Shown piece by piece: positions 1 to 14,170 of a stretch of DNA of 64,000 nt (position 1 is the stretch's first letter; each line of letters begins with the position of its first letter). The notes under the pieces are model-generated. The model ran no database searches and was not told the DNA's origin. It saw only the letters and a program-made list of their open reading frames with translations. The translations under genes were made by a program, and so were the position numbers. The stretch comes from the human T2T-CHM13v2.0 reference genome, Homo sapiens: NCBI RefSeq assembly GCF_009914755.1, contig NC_060926.1. One strand, given 5' to 3'.

Positions 1-1160
<1,160 letters not shown>

Positions 1161-1428
1161 TAAGATGGAAAGTGGAAAACCAGAATTGAGATTTCCACCA
1201 ACAGGGGGGAGGGGAATTAGAATCAAGGTGGGAGGGGATGGAGGAAGGAAGTCTAGTGGATCTCTGCAATCTAGGTGCTTGGGGATTTTAAAACCATCTG
1301 AGTACAGGTGAACAGTCGTGGGCCCACTCAAAACAGCACATTGGAACGGAGACCCCCGAATAATGCTAGGACTCTGGAAGGGACTGTGCCTTCAGTAAAG
1401 CAAAAACAGTTTTTTTAAAAAAGGGTTA

Positions 1429-1735
1429 GGCCAGGCGCAGTGGCTCAAGCCTGTAATCCCAGCACTTTAGGAGGTTGAGGTGGGAGGATTGCCTGAGCCC
1501 AGGAGTTTGATACCAGCCAAGGCAACATAGTGAGACCTTGTCTATACAAAAAATACAAATATTAGGTGGGCAAGGCGGTGGACACCTGTAGTCCCAGCTA
1601 CCTTGGGAAGCTGAGGTGAGAGAATCACTTGAGCCCAGGAGGTTGAGGCTGCAGTGAGCCTTGATTGTGCCAGTGCACACCAGCCTGGGTGACAGAGTTA
1701 TAACCTGACTCAAAAAAAAAAAAAAAAAAAAAAAA
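1429..1735 (+). mobile_element. AluJ-like
   Basis: Full dimer with A24 tail. Confidence 0.93.
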
Positions 1736-2268
1736 GTTACCTACAAGCACAAGAGGATAACAACAAAGTCTGTGTTTGGGTAGAAGAAAAACAGTCCTCC
1801 AAGAATTCAAATCCAAGAGTCATTGCTCTTTTGATTTGGGGTTCAAGTTTGTATTATCTATAAGATGTGGGGAATCCCAAACTGAGAAATTAAAATAAAA
1901 ATCCAAGACCAAAAAGACTCATGAGGTTACTGGAAGAAACAAAAGCAAAACTGTTTTGGAAGGACAGCCACAGTCTCCCACCCACTCCCCACCACCCCCC
2001 CAGCCCCTCCACTCAGCTGTCAATTTAAACCACAAAGATTCTTACAGAAAAAAAGTAGATGAATTCAAAATTAACATAGAAATTCACAGGCATGAGTCAG
2101 CATAAAACAAAGCAACAAACTGCAAGATGAAATCCTCCAAAATTTGAAATTATAGACTAATCCGAAAGCACTAAGAACAATTAAGTATGCAACAAGAATA
2201 CAAAGACTTGAAAAAGAATAACACGTATCTAGGAATATAATTAATAAAATGTAAAAAGCAATGCAATC

Positions 2269-2615
2269 TGCTACGGACTGAACTGTGTCCCTCTAAAATC
2301 CACATGTTGAAGACCTAACCCTCAATGTGGCAGCATCTGGAGATGGGGCTTTTTGGAGATAACTGGGTTTAGATGAGTTCCTGAGGTAGGGAAGGCCTCA
2401 GGATGGGATAAGTGCCCTTATGAGAAGAGACACCAGAAAGTATGCCCTCTCTCTCTGTAAGAAGGCCATCTACAAGCCAGAAAGAGAGCATCACTAGAAA
2501 CCTGGCATCTTGATCTTGAATGTCTAGCCTCCAGAACTGTGAGAAAATTAATTTCTGTCATTTAAGCCACCTGGTCTGTGGTATATGTTGTTACGGCAGT
2601 CCTAGCTAAGATAAA
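2269..2615 (+). mobile_element. MaLR solo LTR (MLT1A/MST-like)
   Basis: TGCTACGGACTGAACTGTGTCCC start; CCAGAACTGTGAGAAAAT near the end. Confidence 0.85.
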
Positions 2616-2619
2616 ATCC

Positions 2620-4610
2620 AACTGGCCAAATCTGAAATTGTTTGAGCATCAAAATAAAAGTGATGAATCAAAACCCAATGAATAAAAGAAGAATCCATGA
2701 GCCAAAAAATAAATAAACAAAAATAGTTCTTCACAGTAGAATGTCAACCAATACATGTAGAAGAAATTAACGGAGTTAGAAAATCATTATTTGGGAACCA
2801 TTATAGTAATAATTCAAGTAGAAATCAACTTGGATATTAAAATTAGTGGGTACAGGTTTGATGAGGAACAAAATATTATATAGTCTCAAAGTATCTCCCC
2901 ATAATTTACTTATTAATTAGAAAAGGAAGAGATAATCTGATAGTGAAGAAACTTGGCACACCCACCTTAACCAAATAATCAAAATCAACATTAATAAGGG
3001 GACTAATCAACATCATGTTCTTCCTGATACGATTCACTGAGGATACACATCACTATAAATTTCCGTCAAAAAATGTGTAACATGAATTTAAACAAATGAG
3101 GGGCATTCTACAAAATAAATGGTGTGTACTACTCAAAAATGTTGGTGTCTAAAAGACAAAGGCTGAAAAACTCTTCTAGGTTAAGAGACTGAAGAGTCTT
3201 AGAAACTAAAAATAGCATATGATTCTCCTGGATTTCTGGAGTTGGGGGGAAAATGCTATAATAGACATTACTGGGACTCCTGAAATTTCAATAAGGTCTG
3301 TAGATCAAATAATAGTATTGTCTTAATATTTAAATTTCCTGATTTTGATAATTTATTGCAGTTTAAGTAAATGTCTTTCATTTTGAGAATACACATCAAA
3401 GTATTTATGGGTAAAGGAGTTTGATGTCTGCAACTTACTCTCAAATGGTTCAGAAAAAAAAAATATGTATATATACAGAGAATAAATGTGGTAAAGTATT
3501 AGCCATCGGTGAATCTTGGAAAGTATGTATGAGAGTTATTTTATTTTTATTATTCTCTCATTCTTTGCAATTATCCTGTGAATTGAAATTATTTTTTAAA
3601 AAGCAAACTTTTTTTAAAAAATGAAAGTTTCAAACAGCAGATTAGACAGACATAATTAAAGATAATAAAGATAAGAACCATAATACATGACACAGAATAA
3701 AGAGAAAAATCATGAGAAGTCATGGAGAACTATAACAAAGTTAAAGAATACAACACGAGCTCTAAAGAGAAACAAGAAAGAGATAGGGGAAGAAAGGTAT
3801 CAAAGATATTGCAGTTTACAATTTTCCAGGACTGAGGAAATACGCTACTCTTCAGATTAAAGAAAAACAGTAAATATTTTTATTAAAATCCACACATAAC
3901 ACTGTGAAACTGTACACACCAGAATCAAAGAAAAAAATCTTAAAAGTCAAACAGGGAGGAAAGAAAAAGTAAGATTAGCTAAAAGCAACAATAATTATAT
4001 TGACAACAGACTTCTCCACAGCACAACAGGTAACCAGAAGACAACAAAAGATCTTCAAAGTGCTGAGAAAAAAACAACCGTTAATTTAGAGTTCTATACC
4101 CCACTAAACTATGATTTAAAAGTAAAGACAAAATAAAGACAATGAGGAGGGGGAGGAGGAAGACTGAGTTTACCTTATACAGTTCCTCACTTAAAAAGAA
4201 AAGTTAAAAGAAAGAAAAAAAATCCTACCAAATACAGCTTCAAGATTAAAGAAATCTGAACCCAGAATGAAGGAATATAAGGCCAAGAAGAAACAGTGAG
4301 CAAAGAAATTGAAAACTCCTACACGTAAATGTAAAGAAGCACTGTCTGTATAAAACAATAATAAAAACTAAACTGGGACATTTAAGAACAGTAGAACCAA
4401 AGTAAGAGACAACACAAAACAGTAAGGTAGTGAATGAAATTAAGCCTTCTAAAATCCACATACTGACCAGAAAGAGAACAGAGAAAGATCAGTTAACTTC
4501 AGACTAATTACACAAGTTGCAAATTTAACGGTAACCACCAAAAGCATAAAAGTAAAATCTTTTAACTTCTAAATCAATAGAGATGAAAGGGAAGAAATAA
4601 AACTTATTGA
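2620..4610 (+). mobile_element. Old L1M 3' UTR and L1/HAL1 ORF1-like fragments
   Basis: A-rich degenerate L1M-type sequence. Confidence 0.6.
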
Positions 4611-5275
4611 ATACCATCTAAATAGCTACCCAAGCACGTTAGAGAAAAGAGTGGCCCTAATGAATTTGAAAAATACTACATTGTAGGTCAAGTGAGTTCT
4701 AAATTCTTCAACTGGCATTCATTTATCTGTATCTTATATATGTGAAACATTATCTACCACATTTCCCAATATGTCTCCTTAGAATAGTTGTCTTATTACT
4801 TCTTTGCCCACTTAGGTTCTACAGCAGTATTTTTAACCCATATTTACTCTTTTGGTATGACTTCACAGTTCTCCACAATCGCAAATACAATTTTTCTTCA
4901 AGTCCCAGGTCAAGATTCACTCTTTCAGGAAGTCAACTTATTTTTCCCTTAAATTAAAATTCCTACAGTATTTATATAGTTTTATTGTTTTCTTCTAATT
5001 GTTAAAATAGTGCCTTAGGCATGTTCCTTAGATGTTCCATACATGCAGATTTTGTTTCCTTATATCAGGGTTTAAGTTCCTCAGGGTAAGAATTTTCTTT
5101 AGGATCTCCTAAACAACCTAGCAGTGTTATTTTTCACTTAAGGATGAAGTAAACTTTAAGTGTATTTTCCTTTAATAAGCTCAAAAGCTGTGAGTTTTGC
5201 AAAATACACAGAAACACACACATCTCATATATAAAAGTAAACCAAGTTTTATAAGGTATTTGTTATAATCTTTGG

Positions 5276-5575
<300 letters not shown>

Positions 5576-5670
5576 TCTTTGGATACATAGAAAAAATGGA
5601 TATCTTTTTAAATAGTCATTTTGCCTGTTTCCCTTTCATTTTTGTCAATTTTTATTAAAAGGAGTCCATG

Positions 5671-5986
<316 letters not shown>

Positions 5987-6149
5987 TCAGGGTTAAAAAT
6001 GAACAAGACTAAGCCAAAGGAAGTCAGAAACTACTAGTACAATGAGAATTTTAATGAAAACTGAAAATATGGCTCACATTATAATTACTACGCAATCCTG
6101 GAGAAGTTTTCCACAATTATGTTTCACTGCAATATTAGTAGGAAAAGCC

Positions 6150-6937
6150 AGGGATAACATTAATTAATTAAAATAAAGCAACATATTGATGAGATAAAGA
6201 TCATCTAAATAAATGTAAAGGTATATCATATTCATAGATCAGAAGACTCAATGTTTTTAAGATCTCAATTCTCCACTAACTGAGTGACAGATCCCACACA
6301 ATCCCAGCAGGCTGTGTATATAAAATATCACAAAATTATATACAAAGATATAAAAAATGAATGCATACAAAAACTGGTGAAATCTGACTAAAGCTTAGTT
6401 AACTGTATTGTGCCAACTAATTTCCTCGTTTTGATAATGCACTATAGGTATGTAAAGATATCACCACTGGGGGAAGGTGGGTGTTGGGTACATGAGACCT
6501 CTTTTCCTCTTTTTGCAATGAATTTAGAATTATGTATCTCAAAATTTAAAGTTAAGACAAAATTCCAGTAGGCTTTTATATTTAACTTGAAAAGCTGATT
6601 CAAAAATTTGTATGGAAAAGCAAAGGACCTAGAATAGATAAAACCATTTTGAAAAGGTAGAACAGAATTGGAGGACCCACTCTGCCTAATTTCAAGACTT
6701 TTGATAAAGCTACAGTAAACAAGACACTGAGGTATTGGTGAAAGTATAGACATACAGCTCAAAAGAACAAGAGTCCAGATATACTCACATGTGTACTGTC
6801 AACTGATTTTCATCAAAAGTGCTGAGGCAATTCACTCATGATTCATTTATACAAAGTTCTAAAAGAGCTTTCATGGTGACCGAAAGGAGAACAATAATTG
6901 TGGGTGGGTGGTATTTATGACTGGCTGGGAAGGGGCA
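6150..6937 (+). mobile_element. L1ME-like fragments
   Basis: Degenerate ORF2 and 3' motifs (AAAGCTACAGTAAACAAGACA). Confidence 0.65.
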
Positions 6938-7058
6938 TGTATTAATCTGTTCTCATGCTGCTAATAAAGACATACACAAGACTGGGTAATTTATAAAGGA
7001 AAGAGGTTTAATTGACTCACAGTTCCACATGGCTGGGGAGGCCTTACTATCATGGTGT
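6938..7058 (-). mobile_element. THE1/MST LTR 3' fragment
   Basis: TGTATTAATCTGTTCTCATGCTGCTAATAAAGACATAC...GACTCACAGTTCCACATGGCTGGGGAGGCC. Confidence 0.85.
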
Positions 7059-7699
7059 ATGTAGGTTAGCATACAGGCGATGAAGAGGAGATTCTTTGAG
7101 CAAGGTAAGGTAGATGATCCTTTATACAGAAAGAATTTTTACAATCTCAAATTTCTAAGAGCTTAAACAAACAAAATAAGTGTCTTATTTCAACATATGT
7201 AAATTTATGGTCAAATCTAAAATTATTCTATAGAGTTTAAGGGCTAAGGTAGGCAGTACATTATTACATTAGGAAACCAAACCTATAATCAGGTCAAGGC
7301 AGTTAGAACTCAGAAATGTGGCATCTTCCAGAACAAAAAAAGACTAAAAAAAACCTAAAGCAGAAAAGAAATATGATTTTTGTACATATAAAGGTGGTAT
7401 GAAAAAATAAATAAAAATTAAAAAAGAAACATGATTTCATCTCTTGAATCGAAGGTTTTTTTTGTATTGGTGAACAAAGTCCTCTTCCTAAAAGCCCAAT
7501 TTAATCGTATTTTAAAAAAAACAAAATAAAAGTCATATGTGATAGCCTACTGCTGTATTCACTAGTCAGTCACTAGGGGTATTTAGTTCAAAATGACGGA
7601 GTATCTTCATATGCATATAACAATTATGAACATTGCTTAATATGCCAAAGATACATTAACCCTACTGATTAGATTTAAGACCTAATAATAACCCATTAC

Positions 7700-8830
7700 A
7701 TTTAACTCATTCTGTACCCACTATTGCCAGAACTCTAAGTCAAGCCCAATGCCACCTCCTCTGCAAGGCCTGCTGTGATTTCTCCCAGTCAGAAATAATG
7801 ATCTCCTTCCTCTAAACTCATGTAGCCATGGTTTGTTCCTCTCGTGTTGGTTCATTTATTCATTCCATAAATATTTATTAAGAACCTAATATGGGTCAGC
7901 TACTCTTCTAGGCTCTGGGGATACAGCAATGAACAAAGCAAAATCACCAGTTTCCTGGATTTATACTCTAGTGGGAAGAGACAGGCTATAAACAAATAAA
8001 CATGTGGTGATACATGCCATAATTAAAAATTAAGTAAAGAGTCCAACTGAATTTTTTGTGAAGCTAACAAAACTTAAAGTTCAGGCCCCTTCACTTGCAT
8101 GGTCCTCTATGAGTGCTGAGAGTTGCTGGGACATGTAGAGTATTCCAGGTGGAGACAGGGAGCCAGGGAGTCATCAGAAAGCATTTTTTTGTGAGCATTT
8201 GTGATTAAATGCCTAAGGAAGTCTCAGAAGAAAGGGACCTAAGGTTACAGTATTTTGTTGGGATATCTTTTCTCATTCTAAAGATTCACTTTCATACCTT
8301 TTTTAATTCTAGTTTTGTTTTCTTAATGAGGGTCCCCAAAACTGCATCAACTTCAGGTCCCGTAAAACCTGGATCCATCACTGAACTGTATCCCTGAAAG
8401 TGGTGGGAGAAGTGCTGTTTTTTGTAGGGTGGAAAGGAGCAGGCTCATTAAAAGATGACATTTGAGCTGAGACTTTAAACGAAGAAGCAAGCCAAACAGA
8501 TATTGGTGGGGAGGGGTGGATTTTAGGCAGAGACAGCAAGCTAAAAACCCTGAGGCAAAGCATGAGGAATGCAGTTGGTTAGAAGGACAGTAGGAGGAGA
8601 AATACATAATAATAAATACTTCTAGACACTAACAGCAATTAACAATGACCACACTTTTTTGTGTCAGGTACTGTCCCAAGCACTTTTCTAAGCATCTCCA
8701 TTTTACAGCTGAGGAAACTGAGACACACAGAGAGGGATTAAGTAATTGGCCTAAGGACAAAGCTAGTGGGTGGTGAAACTAGGCAGCCTGGCTCCAGAAC
8801 CCTGTTCTCAAATCACTATGCTGTGCTACA
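7700..8830. mobile_element. L2 fragments with an hAT (MER53-like) insert (~8040-8385) and a MIR (~8610-8830)
   Basis: L2 3' end TTCATTTATTCATTC; MIR core TTTTACAGCTGAGGAAACTGAG; CCTGGATCCATCACTG terminus. Confidence 0.6.
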
Positions 8831-11529
8831 GAGGTCGGTTGTGCAATTATGGAGTATCTAGAGAGTCTCTCAGCCAGCAAGAGATTTAATATGATATAAA
8901 TGAGGAAACCAAAAGGTTCTGATCTCAAACTATGACAGCTAATAGCAGGTACACATTTTATGTTCCTGTAAATACCAAGTACCAAGCCTTGTCATTTCTG
9001 CTACTCTACTCACAGTTCATAACACATTTCCTCTCATATTACAGCTGTTCAATGTATGATGGCTGTTCAATGTACTCTCATGAGAGAACTTACTATTCAT
9101 TCTTAATACAAAATGATGCATTAGATACGTTTCACCAATAAATACATATACAGATCAAAGGCTGGAGGTAAGTACTTCCTTTAGGTAATCAGATCTGCAT
9201 CAAAGTCAGAAAACCTGTTTGTTTTTCAAACACTCTAGAAAAATTACCTCGCTACCTGTTTCATTGTCACTTTTCATCTCAAATAGCAACTGATGATGGG
9301 AAATTCTACCTTATTCAACTTCAAATGATCTTTCTGAAGTTTAGGGCCATTTCTTCTGGTCTCTCTAGAGTCTATTAGAGTCTATCCTAAATGGAAGTAA
9401 ATAGAAGTGAGCATAACTCCAAATAACAATGTTTGAGCTTCCTTCAAATGTTCTTTTCTAAATGCTTAAGGTCTTCATATTCCTTATCCGTTAGGTTTAA
9501 GAATTGAGTTTTCCAGAAAGGTTCTCACAAATGCTGATTATAATGGAAGAATTAGTCTATGATGATATTAAATAGAACACCTTGAAAGATGCATAATTAC
9601 AAATAAACTAACACGTAATTATCTAAATGCATATAAATTGGTTTCCTTATTTTACTGCCCAATCCTCACCTTTTTTCCTGCCAGCTTTCACAGACACTTT
9701 AAATCTATTTACACAGACTACGATGTGAATCCTACCTGGAAGCTTAACAACACGGCAGCCCGTGCTTCAGAGGGAATGGCTTCCAAACACACAAAGATGA
9801 AAAAAAATCAATATCAACGTTTCCAAAGCATGTTCTACAAAACACTAGTACTAAGGACAAGCAATATGTATTACAGAGAAAAAGAATCTAATAGTCAAGT
9901 AAGTTTGGAGTTTGCTAGGTTAAGCAAAGTTTACCAGGTTTCTTTACCATAGGACTTCTCAGTCTTTAACCTACTCATGGTATGGCTTTTCCTGAAGCAC
10001 CCCAACCACACTTTGGAAAATGCCTGTGTACAGAATTTAGCTAATGCCTAAGAAGCCCAGTCCAGAAGTCACTAAAGATGACTCTAAGGCTTACAGCCTG
10101 GAGTCTTTGTGTATCCAGTGTTGGATACACAGGCTAGGAATCATTCACAGGGACCAGACTAAAACCATAAGACTAGGTAAGATACTTCCTCAGAAACCAT
10201 ATTGAGACTATTCTTTCAAAACTTCTTTTGCCTTATCCCATCTCCAGCTTTACTATCTCCTGCTTCTTTCTAGCAAAAAATCTAGAAAAACATAAGGACA
10301 TCAAGACTTAAAGGGTAGGAATAATAAAAATTAAACTGGAAAACTGCCTGACAAAAGATGGCACAATGCATGTGAAAATCATATTATGATCTATTATAAC
10401 TACCTAATTTCTCCAAGAAAACTTTTTTGAATGGCAAACCTATGGATCATTTTTTCATTTTTTTGGATCATGAAGCTCTTTAAGAATGCAATGAATGCTA
10501 TAACCCATCTCCACAGAAAAACACAAATACATACAACATTAAGCCTATTAATTTCAGAGCACTCCATGGGCCTCCTGAGGCCCAACTAAAGAGCTTCAGT
10601 TGCCAGCTCCTAGGTCCCTAGGTAACCCAAGCTGCAGGCACTTCATGACAGATAAAGCCTGCAGAGTTACACGACACTTACAAGATACGACTTTAGACAG
10701 TGCAGATAAAATGTATATATGCATTGGCCTGAAAAAAATAAAGATAACTTACTTACTAAGTAAAATTTGAGTCATTTAGTCAATACCAAAAGAAGAAGGG
10801 CATATGATGGTAATAATATCTCCACAACAAAACAGCTCTGAGAGGTTGATTTCACAAGGTCACATAGCTAATAAATCCCAGATTGTCCACATCCTTGTTC
10901 AGTGCTTTGGAACTAAACCACGCCACCTTAAGTACAATAAATATGTTATTACATTGAGTAGGAAAACATTTTCAAAATAAAAATCTCCACCAACCTTCCA
11001 AGAATGACTATAATCGGATCTCTTATTTATTTAATCCAATCATTCCATTTTTAGCACGTAAATGCTGACAAATTAAGGAACAAATTATATATATTGGCTT
11101 TTGAAAACAAAATGTACTTCTCTCTAGCACAATTAATTTGTATAAATAAGAAAAAACTAAAACAGCAAAACAAATAACAAAAAAATGTAACTTTATAGAA
11201 TAAACTTGATTATAGACAAAAACATAAACAAGAGTTTGGCAGGCAGGGGTACATGATGTCAAGAACCACATGAAGTTTCTCTGCTTTGGTCACTGGTATT
11301 GGAAGAGTCTGGCAGGCAGGGACCAAGCATCTATTATCTGATATCCACTTGGCAGACTACATAAACAGTGAGACCTTGTGGCACAGCAGGAATTAGGTAT
11401 TCCAACTACTACTTAAAGATCTACACTGACTCAGAGTGTGGCTACAACTCAAATGCTAAACTAAATGTGTGCCTCAGTTTCTCCACTGGAAATGTAATAC
11501 ATTATCTGCCCATCTCCTATCTTTAGAGA

Positions 11530-11760
11530 GGCAGCACTGCCAATTGGTTAAGAATACAGTCCCTAATTGGTTCAAATTTTGGCTTTGCCACCTACCAACT
11601 TTGGCAAGTTAATCTCCTTGTGCCTCAGTTTATTCAACTGCAAAATGGAGTTAACAATAGCACCTATCTCACAGGGTTGCTGTTAGGATTAATTAGAAAA
11701 ATCTTATAGTGCCTGGCAAGTAACAAGCATTCCATAAACATCAGCTAGTATTATCATTAT
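11530..11760 (+). mobile_element. MIR
   Basis: GTGCCTCAGTTT...CAAAATGGAG...CTCACAGGGTTGC core. Confidence 0.8.
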
Positions 11761-11959
11761 TTTAAACGAATGACAAGATTAACCAACTTAGTATACCTCT
11801 ATTACACTTAGGAAATTACAGGCCCTAATTTTTTTTTGCTTTTTAATCATGTGGCTTAACTACTAACTGTTCTTTTTAATATAGCAAGTACACAGCCAAT
11901 TAGTCCTGTAAAAAAATTCACTGTATACCCTGCCACCTAAAACGTATACATTCATCGAG

Positions 11960-12660
11960 TTTTAGTTAACTTTTCATCGCAATATAAGCGAACTCCCCCA
12001 ACCAGTCATAAGTGACTTGCATCCATCCACTTCTACTTTCACAGTCATCACCATATTCCTTAACACCATTATTCTTACCTAGACTATCACAGTGGCCTCC
12101 CAACTGCTCATTCCACTCTTCATGCTGTAGTAGGGAGCTCTTTTAAAAACCTAAATCTAATGTCACTCCTCTGCTTAAAAGCCTGCAATAGTTCCCCATT
12201 GTCCTAAACAAGTCCGATCTCCTAATGAGAACTAAGAGGCCTGCAAGATCTAGGGCCACCCTCCCGCTCTGGCTGCTCAGGCTATACAGGCCTTCTTTCA
12301 CATCGGGCCTCAGAGCCTTCACATATCATGCTCCCCTATCTGGCGTAATCCCCTCTCCCCAGTACCCTAAGCAACGCCTAATCATCTCTGAGATCTCAGC
12401 TGAAAGGCGATGAGCGTCTGATACCCTAAACAGGATCAGGTCCTCCTATTACATGCTCTCATAACCCTGATCCTAATACTCTTTTCTGCATCACAAAATT
12501 AAACGGCAATAATTATTTAAATGGCTATTTAATACTGTCCTTGTCCAAAAAAATAGAAACACTTAGGAAGATTTGGAACCAAGTCTATCGTTTACTGCTA
12601 CAACCCAAAGTGCTTACTTGCCAAGTATCTCATACATTGTAGGTGGGCTCAATATATCTA
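11960..12660 (+). mobile_element. L2
   Basis: ATGTCACTCCTCTGCTTAAAAGCC and other L2 3' motifs. Confidence 0.7.
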
Positions 12661-13774
12661 TATTGCATAGTAGGAAAAGTGATGAGATCCACGATGGTGA
12701 AAAGTAGATCATCCAGAAAATCAGACTAAAGCAGAACACTGGCTGCACTGTATTAAATATGTAAGTTACCACAGGCATTACACTGAAGAGTAAAAACCTG
12801 CTTAAACATGGGCAAAATAAAGTTAAGACTGAACTTTCCAATGCAAAATTAAGTTTCTTTGTGCATCCTCAGGTGTTATGTGAAACTGGAGGAGTTCAAC
12901 TTCAGTTACCAGTAAGAAGATACACAACTAAATCAAGACTGCTGCCACATTTGGCAACAACCTCCTCTCTTCTTGGCAGTAACTGTGAGGCCAAGAGTTG
13001 AGTTGGCCAGGGAAGAGTGATTTATCTTCCCACATTTAGAAGTGGTCCCTCTACAACAGGAATGCTGTACCGCTACTGGACTTTGAATTCTAACCTTGTC
13101 AAACCAGTACCTTCCCTAAGTATTCAAGTCACTTTTTAAAAAACAAGTTTAAATGGCATCGCAGTCCAATTCGACTTAGAGAAAACAAAGTTGCTCTTTC
13201 CAAAAAAAAAAAAAAGTCATTACTCTGGAAAATTAAAAGAAACTGACAGGGGGATGAATAAGGCGCTAAAGGCTGAGAGCTGTCGATGGAAGATGGAGGT
13301 CGCTCAGCATAGTATAATAACTACCACCGAGGCCTGGTGGGCAGCAGCTCCCAACCTAGAGCGGACGACCCCAGGTTGGCGTGAAGCAGGCAGGTTTGAC
13401 AACACCAGACCCCTGCTGTCCGGTTCGTCGCGCTGACCCTGCCAACGCAACAAACGCCCAGACCTTCTCTGCACTATGGATGAGCAGTGTGGCCTGCTCT
13501 CGTTCTGCCCTTCCCTGGAAATGCGCGCAAGAAGGGAGGTGGCAAAAATCATGTCCACCGGGGGGGCTCAGGTAAGGGCTGGGGAGGTCTCGGGGTTAAA
13601 CATTCGGCCCTTTGTTCACCAAGGCAGCAGAGCCCTTGGCGTCCGCAGCTCCTCCTCCCCGACTGCTCCCTGGCGCCAGCGTCTCCCGAGGACAGGCGGC
13701 AAGGGCTCGGACGCCCAGGCTTGGCTGCGGGTCGGGATCCCACGGCCTCGGCGGCGCGCGGCCCCTGCCTTTAC

Positions 13775-13870
13775 CTTGTAGACGTCGCCGTAGGTGCCGC
13801 TGCCGATGCGCTGAATCAGCTCGAAGTCCTCCTGCGGGTTCCGGCGGGACAAATCGAAGCCGGGGTTCAT
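13775..13870 (-). CDS. MAP4K3: MAP4K3 (GLK, Ste20/GCK-I kinase) first coding exon, 32 codons
   Basis: Translates to [32 protein letters not shown], with the kinase glycine loop GSGTYG. Kozak context CCCGCC-ATG. Ends at AAG|GTAAAG donor (GT at 13774-13773), phase 0. Matches the MAP4K3 N-terminus as recalled. Confidence 0.97.
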
Positions 13871-14003
13871 GGCGGGCCCCAGGTGCCCCCCGCCTCCCTC
13901 CCGGGCAGGGGAGGGGGGCCGCTCAGGGGGCCACACGGAGAGAGGGCGCCGCGGCCGGCTCCCGGCTCCCCCGGCGGTCACAATCACCCGGCTCCACGCT
14001 GCG

Positions 14004-14023
14004 GCCGCCGCCGCCGCCGCCGC
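14004..14023. repeat. (GCC)6 / CGG trinucleotide repeat in the MAP4K3 5' UTR
   Basis: gccgccgccgccgccgccgc. Confidence 0.9.
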
Positions 14024-14054
14024 TCCCCTCACGCCGCTGCGGACGACGACAAGC

Positions 14055-14074
14055 GGCCAATCGTCCCCGCCCCC
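14055..14074 (+). promoter_or_regulatory. NF-Y CCAAT box (GGCCAATCG) plus adjacent Sp/KLF GC box (CCCCGCCCCC)
   Basis: Matches the RRCCAATSR consensus at 14055-14063; GC box at 14065-14074. Confidence 0.65.
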
Positions 14075-14155
14075 CGCGGCCCGCCGCCGCGCCGAACCTG
14101 GTCACACCCACAAGGAGAGGAGAACCCTCGCAGCCCCTCGCTCGGGGTGAAACTC

Positions 14156-14170
14156 CAACATGGCTTCCGC
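14156..14170. promoter_or_regulatory. YY1/TISU-like CAACATGGC overlapping an ETS-like GCGGAAG (minus)
   Basis: Sequence CCAACATGGCTTCCGC. Confidence 0.55.

Larger units (their letters stand above)
13871..14170 (-). other. MAP4K3: MAP4K3 5' UTR (GC-rich; TSS position approximate)
   Basis: GC-rich sequence upstream of the ATG inside the CpG island. The TSS cannot be read directly from sequence. Confidence 0.65.

Noticed and set aside
13616-13774. ORF read-through beyond ...GDVYK (VKAGAARR...)
   Set aside because: Intronic: it follows a canonical GT donor and loses kinase similarity.
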